The translations under genes and the position numbers were made by a program. A DNA stretch of 64,000 bases, taken from the NCBI GenBank assembly GCA_965238275.1, contig OZ250186.1, positions 1,664,001-1,728,000 of the forward strand. The letters are read 5' to 3'. This DNA comes from Nitrosopumilus sp. GTDB lineage: Archaea > Thermoproteota > Nitrososphaeria > Nitrososphaerales > Nitrosopumilaceae. This document shows, in pieces, positions 31,663-42,927 of this stretch. Below the pieces are notes generated by a model. It was not told the origin of the DNA. It did not search any database and saw nothing but the letters and a program-made list of their open reading frames with translations. The number at the start of each line of letters is the position of its first letter. The first letter of the stretch is position 1.

Positions 31663-32679
31663 TCAGGCAATCAGGGATATGGCAAGCCATGCAACATAGA
31701 CTGCCACGAACACGGCCCCCCAGGTACGTGGCATCTTCCCCAATATTGTTGCGGCAACAAACACGATGGTAAATGCCGCGGCAATGCCAAGATCCCACGA
31801 GACGCCGGGTCCTGCGGCAAGTCCGCCTGAAAGAAGTGCCGCTGCTCCGCCAATCAGCAGGATGTTTGCGATGTTGGATCCTATGACGTTGCCAAGGCCG
31901 ATGCCGTACTCTTTTTTCTTGACGGCCATCACCGTCGTGACTAGTTCCGGGAGGGACGTGCCGATTGCTATGACTGTTATCCCAATGGTGTGATCCGACA
32001 GGCCGGCAAGGCTTCCCAGCGATGCTGCCCCGTCCACGGCGAGTATGGCGCCTGCCCACAGCAGGCCCGCGCCGCCGGCCGTCATCAGGATGGATCTTAC
32101 CAGCCCGCCTGCCACTGCCGGCCGCGGGGGTTTGCTGCCAGGCATCCTGCCGTCTGCTGCGGCATCCTCTGTGGCAGTATCTGTCGCGGCCCCGTCTGCA
32201 AGCACGTCGACGACCTCCTCCCCCCTCTGCCTGGTGTGGCGGTGCAGAAGAATTGTAGTGGATGCGACGGCTGCAGCAAGCAGGATTGCCCCGTCAAAGA
32301 AAGACACGTCGCCGTCTGCCACCAAAAGCACGATCCCGACAGAACAGCCCACGACCACGAGAAACTCTCCCCTGTATTTGCGCCATCTCCCAAACCCTGC
32401 GCCCAACATCAGTGCGACGGCGGCAACCATCCCCACGTTTGCCACATTGGAGCCGGCGACATTTCCCAATACCATCCCCGGGTGCGGGTCCAGCGCGGCA
32501 ATGCTTGCGGCCAGTTCAGGCGCAGATGTGCCGTATGCAACCACTGTCATGCCGACTACAAACCCGGGCAGGCCAACCAGGCGGGATATTCCCACCGCCC
32601 CCCGAATTAGGAGACTGCCGCCAAACACCAGTACGGCAATCCCTCCGGCTGTTACAAGTACGGATAAGAGAGCGTCCAT
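31663..32679 (-). CDS. Ca2+/Na+ antiporter (YrbG type)
   Basis: Two alpha repeats GTSAPEL/GTSLPEL and GNVxGSN. Confidence 0.92.
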   Translation of the reverse strand: MDALLSVLVTAGGIAVLVFGGSLLIRGAVGISRLVGLPGFVVGMTVVAYGTSAPELAASIAALDPHPGMVLGNVAGSNVANVGMVAAVALMLGAGFGRWRKYRGEFLVVVGCSVGIVLLVADGDVSFFDGAILLAAAVASTTILLHRHTRQRGEEVVDVLADGAATDTATEDAAADGRMPGSKPPRPAVAGGLVRSILMTAGGAGLLWAGAILAVDGAASLGSLAGLSDHTIGITVIAIGTSLPELVTTVMAVKKKEYGIGLGNVIGSNIANILLIGGAAALLSGGLAAGPGVSWDLGIAAAFTIVFVAATILGKMPRTWGAVFVAVYVAWLAISLIA

Positions 32680-33017
32680 CAGGATTCACCAAAGAGATTG
32701 TAGAGCCGCCTCCCCAATTCTTCACAATACGGGCTGGCTGTAGGATCCCACGATTTCCATTCGCATCCGCAACGTGGGCAATCCCCTGTAAACATGACAC
32801 TGTCTGATGGCTGCTGTATATATAAGAGACTTGACTCGCAATTGTACGCGTCCCGGTTTGGCGTAAGGATCTACAAGGATCAGGATCGGTAAGATCATGT
32901 GTCCAGTACGAATATCAAGGAAGAAGATGTTAATGACTGGCGGAATCAATTTTCATATAATACGCATATAACTCTAAAGATAAACAGTTATAATCAAACA
33001 AACTTGGTGTTTTTCAT

Positions 33018-35357
33018 ATGTTATATGCCATATGCATTCTGGTTTTGTTGGTGGCAGGCATGGGAGCGAATGCGTTTGCAGACAATCATGCGACCACCGT
33101 TACATTGGAAGATCTGGGGGTGTTGCAGCTGGCCGCACATGACTTGTTTGACGTAAGGAGGGGAGACACAGTGACCCTCGAATCCTCTGTGGATTTTGAG
33201 AACGGGAGACTGGACTTGAGTACGCTGTTTATCAATACGACATCGGGAAATTATTTTGATGACGAGACCGTTGCAAAAGGCGGAGAAGTCAGAAACCGCG
33301 AAAACGTCTTTCTGTTTACAGTATCGGCTGTACTCGGCGAGGAATATCTTGGGCATATAGATTCTGGAGACAGCCGGGAAGTCGCTAGGGAGAAAACTAT
33401 CGGGATGTATCATGAAATGTTTGCAACAGCATACAACAACACGTTTGGTGAAGAAATTCCAGAAAAGCGCAAGGGCCAGGCTACGCCTGACGGAAACACC
33501 GCCTTCAGAACAGTCCACGATTTCTTGCCGGGCAATATTACAGTCAATGGCACAGACACTGCCCTGCTAAGCATACCCCCAAACGTCAGGCTGTCGGATT
33601 CGGACATGATGCAGCAAAGTTCGCCTCTTGATGGGACATTAGACGAGGAGTTTCTTGCAATTGATATCAGCCACCCCGGCGGTCCGATGATTATCGTGAA
33701 TCTGCTTGAGGCTGACCAGACATTTGGCGACCAGTTTGGAACGGAATTTGGCTTTGATGAATTGCTTGAAGAGCTTGTCGATGGGAAATACGATACGGGT
33801 GACAAGGCCATGCATGGGATCAGAAATCTGATCAGCATAGCATATCCTGGCGCATACCAAGACGAAACCCCGAAGCCTAACGCCGCACCGTACCCCGTCT
33901 CCATTGAGACCGGGGAACTTGACACCGTCGTCATGACCATGTCTGAGGACGTACGCAAGCGAGAGACGGAGAACGCCGGATTTAACATATCTGGCATCGC
34001 GTCTGGGCCTTCCATCAGCAACATTACATTATCTGGCAACACAATCACGCTGAGCCTGTCTGCGGAAATGGTTGATTCTGACTCCCCACGGCTGGCCTAC
34101 AACAGCAGCACAGGCAGCATAGCGGATCCCAGCGGCCGGCCCCTTGCAAGCTTTGACAAGCCGGTGAGAAACACCCTTGACACCACGGTCCCGACGGTGC
34201 GTTCTGCCACGATGGACAACTCCGGCACCGTTTACGTCAGGCTGTCCGAGTCCGTCCAACAGGGCCTGGCAGGACCGGGAGACTTTACCGTCAACAACAC
34301 GTCAATTACAGTATCGGAAGTTGGCGTATTCGGATCCACCATAACGCTGGAACTCTCCGGCCCGATACCAGACGACGAGGCCCTGACGCTCAGATATGAC
34401 GGAGGTCCGGGCAAGATTGCAGACGGAAAGGGCAATCTTCTAGGCAGCTTTGCTGACGAGCCGATAAACAAGCAGTCGCGCAAGCGAGTCGCCTTCAAAT
34501 CCGCGCCTGCAATGGATCTTGTCTCCATGCAGTCATTGGGCTATATGGATTCCTTTAACGGTACCACAAATCCGCATGATCCGTATGCGCCCATGACCCC
34601 CATGAATTCAGATGACCAGTTTAACTTTGCAATTGCCATAAACGACAGCCACTACCTGCTGGGCGGCACCCTGAACACGCTGGAACCCCAGACCCTCCTG
34701 ACCGGAGTCCCCAACACCATCATCTTTGCCGTACATGATCATGCAGACATCGCGCACTTTACCCTGTACATGAACCTGCACGGACAGGACACCGACTATC
34801 GGGACAGCGACACATATGTCACGTATGACATGGGCAACATCCGCATAGTCGACCCGCACGATCTCATCGCAGACGCCGCAGTCACCATCAAGACCAACGA
34901 GGCGGATTTGTCAAGACACATAGTCGTGTTTGTCATCACGTTTGAAGACGAGATGGAACAGACCAACCTCGTAGCCAGGACCTGGAACACCGGCGCGTCC
35001 CTGACCATGGTGCGCATCCTCAACGCGTTTGCCGTGTCTGCAGCAGCAGCACTGCCTGATCCGCAGCCTGTACCGTCAGGGGATCCCATGCCAGACAGCG
35101 TCATGGGCGAACCAGAAGACGCCGGGGCCGCCGTCACCATTCCGGATCAGAACGCAGTTGAGATGACAATCCGCGTCTGGTCGGGATTTGAGTTCGGTTC
35201 CGTGACAGACGCGCAGCTGCTTGACGCGTTAGACTTGGAACATGACGGGGACATACCAGTCTGGGTCATGACGGAACTGGGCGTGCTGTGCTCCCAGGGC
35301 TACATCACCGTTGAGGAGTTCACCACTGCCATCTCGTACGTTCTTGCAAGCATCTAA
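33018..35357 (+). CDS. secreted multidomain surface protein with two SwmB/Ig-like repeats
   Basis: Signal peptide; repeats of the type ...TITLxL...LxY...IAD.xG..LxSF; C-terminal IPVWVMTELG domain. Confidence 0.75.
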   Translation: MLYAICILVLLVAGMGANAFADNHATTVTLEDLGVLQLAAHDLFDVRRGDTVTLESSVDFENGRLDLSTLFINTTSGNYFDDETVAKGGEVRNRENVFLFTVSAVLGEEYLGHIDSGDSREVAREKTIGMYHEMFATAYNNTFGEEIPEKRKGQATPDGNTAFRTVHDFLPGNITVNGTDTALLSIPPNVRLSDSDMMQQSSPLDGTLDEEFLAIDISHPGGPMIIVNLLEADQTFGDQFGTEFGFDELLEELVDGKYDTGDKAMHGIRNLISIAYPGAYQDETPKPNAAPYPVSIETGELDTVVMTMSEDVRKRETENAGFNISGIASGPSISNITLSGNTITLSLSAEMVDSDSPRLAYNSSTGSIADPSGRPLASFDKPVRNTLDTTVPTVRSATMDNSGTVYVRLSESVQQGLAGPGDFTVNNTSITVSEVGVFGSTITLELSGPIPDDEALTLRYDGGPGKIADGKGNLLGSFADEPINKQSRKRVAFKSAPAMDLVSMQSLGYMDSFNGTTNPHDPYAPMTPMNSDDQFNFAIAINDSHYLLGGTLNTLEPQTLLTGVPNTIIFAVHDHADIAHFTLYMNLHGQDTDYRDSDTYVTYDMGNIRIVDPHDLIADAAVTIKTNEADLSRHIVVFVITFEDEMEQTNLVARTWNTGASLTMVRILNAFAVSAAAALPDPQPVPSGDPMPDSVMGEPEDAGAAVTIPDQNAVEMTIRVWSGFEFGSVTDAQLLDALDLEHDGDIPVWVMTELGVLCSQGYITVEEFTTAISYVLASI

Positions 35358-35717
35358 TGGCCAAAGGCGCAAGCTAGTGCGTTTTACATCACTTTTTTTA
35401 AAAAAACAGGTTTTAGTCCCAAGCGTGATCGTGGGCAGGGCGCACAATCCGCCGAGCAAAGGCATTCAGAAGAGCGTCATGGCGTTACATTGATCCTTCA
35501 ATGAGCGCAGCACCCCGCAGTGCGTGGTCATGGCTTTCGATTATACAAAAAGGCAGCAAAGACCGGGTGCGAGGGCTCACCGGGGTATGGTTTTTCATGG
35601 TGTTTTGTATATTTGGCGCCATGTGCAGGCGGCACGCCCAGTTCGACGTATAACGTTGCTTTGAGTTTGTAAATCCTAAAGGAACGAACGAGTTGCGACT
35701 GCTGGTTGTTTATTTTT

Positions 35718-35747
35718 TGTACTGAATATTTATATTAGTTCAGTACA
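35718..35747 (+). promoter_or_regulatory. TATA box flanked by a perfect 9-bp inverted repeat (putative operator)
   Basis: TGTACTGAA-tatttatattag-TTCAGTACA, ending 12 nt before ATG 35760. Confidence 0.6.
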
Positions 35748-35759
35748 GTTACTATACAC

Positions 35760-36533
35760 ATGTTGTACGAACAGATAAGACACGCCCATACCGTCAGGGG
35801 GATGTACCGGATGAGGCACATGTTAGCCCAAAGAAAACGACATGACATGGGTACGAGGCTTAATTATCCCAAGTACAGCAAGCAGTTCTACAGGATCAAA
35901 TCAAAACTTAGGGAAGAGTGCATAATCAGCAACCGCGGGACATTCATAGAGAGTCTCCCAAACCTGCATGTGGCAATGATGCCGCTGCGGGTAAATGGAG
36001 AACAGATCAACGTGCTTGGAAGCAGAATTCCGTACGTCATCTTCTTGGCCCTGATCATGGGCCCACCCCGAAATGCGGGATACTTGGCAAGAAAGTGCAG
36101 TTTTAGCAGAAAGGCAGTATACGACGCCCTGAGGAGGATGGAGGATGCAGGGCTCATACGGATGGATGGCTTCACGGCAACTGCCGATGGCGGTCCTGCC
36201 CGCGCGTGGCTTGCAGGATATCTGAATGCCGTCAAGGCGTGGATCGATGCGCGTGAAGATGCATTTGTTCTGTTTAACACAATCCCTTCGTACGTGGGAG
36301 GTCCACATGCACGCCGCGTTCTGGATTACGAACCCGGAAACACGATGGGTTCGGCTGAGATGCACATATTCACATACGAGCCGTTCCTTGACCTCATAAA
36401 GTCCATTGTACGGGAAAGTCTATACTTTAAGAGGCATCCAAAACCCGTGGTTGTCAAGGTTGCCCACGACAGGCATGCACGATGGGTGGATGGCATACCG
36501 TACCAAAAAGATATCCGAATGGCAGAGGGTTGA
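35760..36533 (+). CDS. HTH protein, putative type IV antitoxin (AbiEi-like)
   Basis: LARKCSFSRKAVYDALRRMEDAGLI HTH; lies directly upstream of an AbiEii-like gene. Confidence 0.6.
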   Translation: MLYEQIRHAHTVRGMYRMRHMLAQRKRHDMGTRLNYPKYSKQFYRIKSKLREECIISNRGTFIESLPNLHVAMMPLRVNGEQINVLGSRIPYVIFLALIMGPPRNAGYLARKCSFSRKAVYDALRRMEDAGLIRMDGFTATADGGPARAWLAGYLNAVKAWIDAREDAFVLFNTIPSYVGGPHARRVLDYEPGNTMGSAEMHIFTYEPFLDLIKSIVRESLYFKRHPKPVVVKVAHDRHARWVDGIPYQKDIRMAEG

Positions 36534-36536
36534 GAC

Positions 36537-37421
36537 ATGGGCATTTTCTTCTTCATCAATGACAGTTTGGTAAACCTTGACGACCCGACTGTGATGGTCA
36601 AGGATGAATACCATGAACGTTTTGCAAGAAAGGAATTTTCCCCATTCATTCTCTCTGAGGTGTGTGTGCTGGACATGCTGTACATGATTGATGACATGAG
36701 GGATGGGTACTACAGGGAAAGGCTCAGCCTGAAGGGCGGGTTTTCTGTAAGAAGCGTCGTGCCTCTAGCGGATCACCGGTTTTCGTTTGACGTCGACTTT
36801 GATCCCAACACACGAGGCGGATACACCTACGGGGACGTGTGTGACCTGAAAGCCGACATTACAAAGTATGGAGCGACGAGGGGGTGCAGAACTCCAGTTG
36901 AGATGACCCGAGATGATTCGAGACTGCATTTCATAGAGATCGGGTACAAGAAATCGCTAGGAAGCGGTAACCAGATAAGAGAACCTCCCAAGATCGAGGT
37001 GTGCAAGACTTGTCGTGTATTTGAAAATCCTGTGTCAGGTCCGATCAATACGATGATTGATCTGGGAATTCTGGGGTTGGAGCCTCCCATGATTAACCAC
37101 CTGTCACTTGAGGAACAGTTTGCAACGAAGCTTTTTGTCATAGGATCTACTGCAAGACAGAGAAACCAGTTTGACGCATACGATTCGTTTAGGATATTCA
37201 AGTGCAACAAAATGGACATGAAAAAAGCGCGTAACATCTTTGAGACACTGTGCGAGCGGCGCAACACGAAACTGCACGTGTACGCATCGGAGTGTAGACA
37301 CCAGCTTGACACAATGTTGAAGAATACCAAAAAGAGGGAAAAATTGGAGGATGCAGCGTTTGAAGGAAGCCTTGACTTTGATGCCATGGTAAACACAGTA
37401 AAGTCGTTTTACGATTTTTAG
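36537..37421 (+). CDS. AbiEii-type nucleotidyltransferase toxin
   Basis: LKGG, RFSFDVDF, KIEV, EEQFATKL, DAYD. Confidence 0.8.
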   Translation: MGIFFFINDSLVNLDDPTVMVKDEYHERFARKEFSPFILSEVCVLDMLYMIDDMRDGYYRERLSLKGGFSVRSVVPLADHRFSFDVDFDPNTRGGYTYGDVCDLKADITKYGATRGCRTPVEMTRDDSRLHFIEIGYKKSLGSGNQIREPPKIEVCKTCRVFENPVSGPINTMIDLGILGLEPPMINHLSLEEQFATKLFVIGSTARQRNQFDAYDSFRIFKCNKMDMKKARNIFETLCERRNTKLHVYASECRHQLDTMLKNTKKREKLEDAAFEGSLDFDAMVNTVKSFYDF

Positions 37422-37440
37422 ATGCCATTCCAGCATTAAC

Positions 37441-38419
37441 TTGAATCGGGTTACGCCTCCTCCCAGATACCAAATCCTGTGCACGGTCACGTTTCCCAGG
37501 TATCCTCCTCCATCCAATTCCTGGTCTCTCGTTATAGTATTCGACGTACTCTGCCAGGCTCCTGCGGTGACATATTTCATCTTCAAGCGTCCTGTGAAAC
37601 CGCTCAAGCTTGCCGTTGGTCTGGGGGTGGTACGGCCTGGAGTTTATCAGCCCTATGCTCAGGTCCAGCAGCTCTGCCTCAAAGGTGGTGGGCTGCCATG
37701 ATCCGGAAGGCGCCTTCATCTTCACGTACCTGCCTGTAGCGCCCACAAAGCATGAGCCGTTGTCTGACAGGATGGTGGCAGGAACGCCGAACTGCCTGAC
37801 TGCATCCCGGAGAACCTTCACAACGTTCTCGGACGTGGCCTCAGTAAACAGACCCACCCCGGTCACGCATCTTGACGCGTCGTCCAGAAAGGTCACCAGA
37901 TTGAGCCCTTTCATGCGCGGATCCTTCATGACATGCCAGTCTGTGTGCCACATGGAGTTGGAATGCCTTCGTTCGTAGCGAACCCACTTTCGTTTTTTGG
38001 ACTTTGCCGCAGACGAAACCACCAGGCCGTTCTCCTTCATTATCCGGTATACCCTCTGGTAACCTATATCATGATTTACCTGCAGGTTCATGGCAGTGCG
38101 CAGCACGCCTTGCGGTTCCCGTCTGCATTCATCCAGCACAAGTCGTACTTCCTCTGGGGATGGTGGCCGTGCAGGCCGGCCGGGACGCTGCGGAGTGCCG
38201 GCAGTACGGAACACGGCCCGCAGCCTGCGGACATGTCTTGGCGTCACGCCGATCTCTGTTGCCACTTCCGTCGTGCCCCTGCCCTTGCCGAGCTGTGCCA
38301 TCGCGTATCTGATGGACTTTGCCGTCAGTCGTTTTGCCATCGTTTTTCTTGATCGGTAAAGGACAAAGTAATCCTTTACGTAACGCTTGATCTTAGGCGG
38401 ACCTAATTTTCGAACCACA
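37441..38419 (-). mobile_element. IS481-family element; transposase starts at about 38340, 3' end appears degenerate
   Basis: WHTDW, DDASR, SDNG, HPQTNGKLERF, YNERP; TGT terminus at 38419; other end approximate. Confidence 0.85.
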
Positions 38420-38466
38420 AAAACCGGGTGCAAAGGTTCAATAGAATTGGCGCCCTTTGTCACTGC

Positions 38467-38871
38467 ATGACAGTGGATTCTGCCCTGCTTGACGCTCTGA
38501 TGCGGCCGGACCCAAAACCCGCCCCGAGGTTTCTGCTGCATCTGGACGGCGCCTCGTACCCGATGGAGAATGTCGCCGTTGCAGATTCCCCCACCCCTGT
38601 CAATAGGCCCACGACGCGCGGCGGCGTATACTTTTCAGGCCGGTCCGCCCACCGCATCACCGGGACCGTGCTGGGCACCAACCTTGCGCCGTCCCTTACC
38701 GGAAAGATGCTTGGGCCAAGTACCGACTTTGAGGTGCTCCGGATCGACGCAGAGATTGCCTGCGATGGCAGGCCCGTCCGCCTTGCAATCACTGTCCACC
38801 TTACCAACAGCGTTCAGACTCCGGATTCGATGGAGCTTGGCATGACCATCGTGGGCCTGGAGTCAGCCTAG
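38467..38871 (+). CDS. hypothetical protein
   Basis: [10 protein letters not shown] motif; backbone-like codon usage. Confidence 0.7.
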   Translation: MTVDSALLDALMRPDPKPAPRFLLHLDGASYPMENVAVADSPTPVNRPTTRGGVYFSGRSAHRITGTVLGTNLAPSLTGKMLGPSTDFEVLRIDAEIACDGRPVRLAITVHLTNSVQTPDSMELGMTIVGLESA

Positions 38872-39426
38872 CCTGTGGTGCCTGTCGTACCTGTCCCTGT
38901 TCTCCTTGTCTGAGAGGATCTCGTATGCCTCGTTGATCTCGGCCATCATCCCCTCAGAGTCGCCGCCTGCCTTGTCCGGATGCGTCTTCTTTGCAAGCTC
39001 CCTGAACCTCTTCTTTATGTCCTCCGGCGTGGCGTCTGCGGCAACGCCTAAAATCCCGTAATAGTCCGGAAGATCCCCGCTTGCCGCAGCACTGCGAAAC
39101 TCCCTGTCCATTCTGGTGTTCTTCCTGCTGCCAATCTCCTCATAGTCGTCCCCCCAGTCCGAGTGGTACTTTTCATACGTCTTCTCCTTCTTTGACTCGA
39201 GATCCTCCGAGTCGTACGACGTCCCTTTGCGCAGTATGACATCGCGCGCAAGATACAGAAACACCCCGATTACGGCAACTGCAAACCCTCCAAGCAGAAC
39301 GGTCTTTTCAAGATCCGAGACCTCAAGAACCATGTCCGGGGCCTGCCCGGCCTGCGCAAAGGAGACCTGGGCCATCCCTGAAACGGCTATGGACACAAGA
39401 AGAAGAAGAATGACAAAGGCCATCAT
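38863..39426 (-). CDS. membrane-anchored DnaJ-domain protein
   Basis: [21 protein letters not shown]. Confidence 0.9.
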   Translation of the reverse strand: MMAFVILLLLVSIAVSGMAQVSFAQAGQAPDMVLEVSDLEKTVLLGGFAVAVIGVFLYLARDVILRKGTSYDSEDLESKKEKTYEKYHSDWGDDYEEIGSRKNTRMDREFRSAAASGDLPDYYGILGVAADATPEDIKKRFRELAKKTHPDKAGGDSEGMMAEINEAYEILSDKENRDRYDRHHRLG

Positions 39427-39430
39427 GTGC

Positions 39431-39874
39431 CTACACCAGTCTGAAATCTTCCTTTGCCGTGTCTAGGACCACATGAGTTATGGTATTATCCACATTGGGG
39501 GTTACTGCCAACTTCTTTACAAACCTGCTCAGATCCTCCCTTGTTTTGAATTTTGCTATGATCAGCATGTCTGTGGGCCCGGTAACGTCGTAGACTGCGC
39601 AGACGTTTTCAAGTTTTGCCACGCCGGCCTCGACGTCGATAATCTTGCTCTTCTTGGAGGCTATCTCGATTACCGCCGTCAGGGAATACCCAATCTTCTC
39701 GTAGTCTATGACTGCCGAGTACCTGCTGATGATTCCTGCCCCCTCCATCTTCCTTATCTTGGAGAGTACCGTAGCCGTGGAGACTCCTACCATGTGTGCC
39801 AGCTTTCTTGCAGAGAGCCGCGCATCCGTTGTCAGGTTTTTAAGAATGGTCATGTCCTTTTCATCAAGTTTCAT
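39431..39874 (-). CDS. Lrp/AsnC transcriptional regulator
   Basis: [12 protein letters not shown]; VYDVTG. Confidence 0.92.
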   Translation of the reverse strand: MKLDEKDMTILKNLTTDARLSARKLAHMVGVSTATVLSKIRKMEGAGIISRYSAVIDYEKIGYSLTAVIEIASKKSKIIDVEAGVAKLENVCAVYDVTGPTDMLIIAKFKTREDLSRFVKKLAVTPNVDNTITHVVLDTAKEDFRLV

Positions 39875-40145
39875 ACCGTATGTATCTTACAAATTTATTT
39901 AAACCTTCGAACAGGCCTGATTTTTGATCCTGACGCCGTGCGGCTTCGTGGCGATGAGGTGCCCGCATCCGGACACGGTTCTTCCCAGTCACGATTCTCT
40001 CCAATACTGGCAAATGGCGAATTCCCCTGAATGCAAGGCCGTGCACCGCTGTTCCAATAAAATATTCCAGAACATGCAGGCGCAGCGGCCTGGGGTCCCG
40101 GGGGCGCAGCCAAAACCAGACTGCATTAAATACGCGTGCGCAGTA

Positions 40146-40382
40146 ATGGTACCTGTGACTGATACATCCGGAATCGTCCTGGAGGGAGAGAGGTGTATCG
40201 AGGCCGGACGGTTTGACGAGGCACTTGATCTCTTTGAGCGGGCGCTTGCCCTCAAACCAGACGATCCCGACCTTTGGAACCTCAAGGGGGTCGCGCTCAG
40301 GGGGATGGGCAGGTACGAGGAGTCGGCACGGTGCTTTGAGCGTTCACTCCGGATAGACCCGCGGGACAGGCACTCGTCCTGA
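40146..40382 (+). CDS. TPR-repeat protein
   Basis: ALDLFERALALKP, LWNLKGVALRGMGRYEES. Confidence 0.85.
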   Translation: MVPVTDTSGIVLEGERCIEAGRFDEALDLFERALALKPDDPDLWNLKGVALRGMGRYEESARCFERSLRIDPRDRHSS

Positions 40383-40807
40383 TGCCGTGCTTGTGCCATG
40401 CCGCCGTCTCATCCATCCCACCACGCTGCCTGGAATGCCGGCCATCTCCTAAAATACAGTCACGTCCCCGGGCGCAGGCTCGCGTTCTGACCTTACGTGC
40501 ATCTCGGGATCCTCGTGTGCCGTGCGCTGGTGCTCTCTTAGCCCTTCCAGGTTCTCGAACCCCTCATGGCACAGGTAGCATTTTGGCCGGGATTCATCCA
40601 CAATTGGAAGTACCATGTGGGGGATGACGCCGGCCGGGTACTTATCCTTTGAGATTTTACTTACGGGGTGCGGTGGTCCTGCCCTTCATGCGGGGGAGGG
40701 GACCCATTCCGTGACGGGCGTGGCCATGCCCCTGCAGTACCCGGTGCAGCCAAATACGCGCAGCCGGGCTTCAAGGATTATATAAAGAACCGAAGGTGTG
40801 ATGAGCA

Positions 40808-41905
40808 ATGTTAAACGGGCTTGCAGGCGACTCGCGTGCACTGGATCGTGCCATCGCCGGAGAGGAGCTCTCGTACAAGGACGGCGTCGAACTGATGAAC
40901 TATGACAACATTCATCTTCTTGGGGCCGTGGGGGACGCGACACGCAGGAGGCTAGTCGGCGACACTGTGACCTTTGCAGCGTCATACTACATGAACTATA
41001 CAAACGTCTGTGCGGCCAGCTGCCAGATGTGCGCGTTTTACAGAAAGGACGGCGCAGACGACGCGTACACGCTGACCCCCGAGGAGATAGTGCAGAGGGT
41101 CGGAATCGCCAGGCAGATGGGCGCCACAGAGGTGCACATAGTGGGAGGGTTCCACCCCAAGCTTCCCCTGGAGTACTACGAGGACATGATGAGGACCATC
41201 AAGGGACAGCACCCCGACCTTAACATCAAGGCCCTTACCGCAGCCGAGATATTCTATCTTTCAAAGCTTACCAAAAACTCCACAAAGGAGATCCTGCGCA
41301 GGCTCAAGGATGCGGGCCTTGACTCGATGCCCGGCGGCGGCGCGGAGCTGTTCCACCCGGACATACGAAAAAGAATAGTCCGCGGCAAGTGCTCCGGACA
41401 GGAGTGGCTCGACGTAATCGGGGAGGCGCACGACATGGGAATCCGGAGCAACGCCACCATGCTGTACGGGCACATAGAGAAGCCCGAGCACATAGTGGAC
41501 CACCTGGTAAAGATACGTGATCTGCAGAAAAAGACCGGCGGGTTCCTCACGCTGATTCCGCTAAAGTTCAGCCTGGACAACACCGAACTTGAGCAGGAGC
41601 ACCTCGTGGATCACGAGTGCTCGTCCGTGTACGACCTGAGGATAATTGCCCTCTCGAGGCTCATGCTTGCAGGCGTCCTTGACAACATATCCGTATACTG
41701 GGTGGCCTACGGCAAAAAGCTCGCACAGGTCGCACTCTCCAACGGCGGCAGCGACCTGGTGGGCACCGCGTTCTCAGAGGAGATCTACCGCGCGGCAGGA
41801 AAACCCACCTCGTCCTCAGTCGACGAGCTGGCAGTAATGGCAAAAGAGATTGGGCGCAGCCCGGCCCAGAGGAACACGCACTTTGGAATCCTAAGGCGCT
41901 TTTAG
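40808..41905 (+). CDS. mqnE: radical SAM protein of the CofH/MqnE family (probable aminofutalosine synthase)
   Basis: NYTNVCAASCQMCAF, PGGGAE, ATMLYGHIE; mqnD lies nearby. Confidence 0.7.
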   Translation: MLNGLAGDSRALDRAIAGEELSYKDGVELMNYDNIHLLGAVGDATRRRLVGDTVTFAASYYMNYTNVCAASCQMCAFYRKDGADDAYTLTPEEIVQRVGIARQMGATEVHIVGGFHPKLPLEYYEDMMRTIKGQHPDLNIKALTAAEIFYLSKLTKNSTKEILRRLKDAGLDSMPGGGAELFHPDIRKRIVRGKCSGQEWLDVIGEAHDMGIRSNATMLYGHIEKPEHIVDHLVKIRDLQKKTGGFLTLIPLKFSLDNTELEQEHLVDHECSSVYDLRIIALSRLMLAGVLDNISVYWVAYGKKLAQVALSNGGSDLVGTAFSEEIYRAAGKPTSSSVDELAVMAKEIGRSPAQRNTHFGILRRF

Positions 41906-42207
41906 CGCATGTGCCTCTTTACAGACTCTACCTTCTCCTCCATGCTTGTGTCCCTGTCCCTTCTGGAGTCTATCTTGAGCACCACCTCCACCCTGCCCAC
42001 CCCCAGGTTGTGGACGACCTCCATCATCCTGTCTGTGGCCTCGTGTATGGCGCCCATATCCTCTGACTCCAGGACCGTCCCCATGGGGTTGATCTCGTAC
42101 CTGAGGCCGTCCATGCCCCGTATGGACTCTATCGCCTTTGCGACGTAAAAGCCCACGCTGGCATCCTTTGTGGCCATGGGGTATATGCTGATCTCGGCGT
42201 GTATCAT
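41902..42207 (-). CDS. MTH1187/thiamine-binding family protein
   Basis: EISIYP, INPMGTVLE, KIDSRRD. Confidence 0.85.
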   Translation of the reverse strand: MIHAEISIYPMATKDASVGFYVAKAIESIRGMDGLRYEINPMGTVLESEDMGAIHEATDRMMEVVHNLGVGRVEVVLKIDSRRDRDTSMEEKVESVKRHMR

Positions 42208-42353
42208 GTGGATTGTTGCGTCATGGGGGTTTTTCAACATTCCCGATGCCCTTATGAATCCAAATTTGGAAGGCGATAGACATAGCAGGGGTACCACCGA
42301 GACCAACCTTGCGCTTGTCGTAATGATATATACCAGCTAGGCTGATTAATCTC

Positions 42354-42530
42354 ATGCAAGAAATCCAAGCTGGACCTGATTTGGTCGTTCCACAACACAG
42401 GGAATTTTACCGGAAGGTTGCGGAGATCTTGGAGATGGTTAGGGAGAAACCCCTAGTTGATGGCGAGGTTGAGGTACTAGAGGGCATAATGGCAGACCTA
42501 GAGGCAGGCAAAACATCACCGTCTGGCTAG
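42354..42530 (+). CDS. 58-aa hypothetical protein
   Basis: MQEIQAGPDLVVPQHREFYRKVAEILEMV...; TATA-like ATATATA upstream. Confidence 0.45.
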   Translation: MQEIQAGPDLVVPQHREFYRKVAEILEMVREKPLVDGEVEVLEGIMADLEAGKTSPSG

Positions 42531-42927
42531 ATCCCTCCTTCTTTCTTTCAATCTGGACTCTCGTATTTATTCTTGGTATCCAGTCATTTGCGTACGCCCG
42601 CATTTCTGCATAGATGCGTAGGCGTTCATCAATCTTTTCAATTGTATCTGGATCGTCCGTGTCAGAAAATATGTCAGTATCGTCTCCTGCCAATATATGC
42701 AACGTCCACTGATGCGTTAAAAGCAATTTGAAACTCAAACAGGTGGATTGGGGCGGATTCCTCGAAAGGAAAATGATTTTTGGTATCTGTGTAGTTTTTT
42801 GATCAAATGTTGAACTCCATATCTACAATCAGAAAATCCGCGTCTGTCTAATTTTTTAAAACTATTTTTGATCACTTGATCGAGTTTTTCTCTCCATCCT
42901 AATTTTTAGATCATTGTTGCCCACGGT

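Noticed and set aside
42439-42738. Minus-strand ORF as a gene interrupted by IS66
   Set aside because: Joining across the TSD gave no recognisable protein
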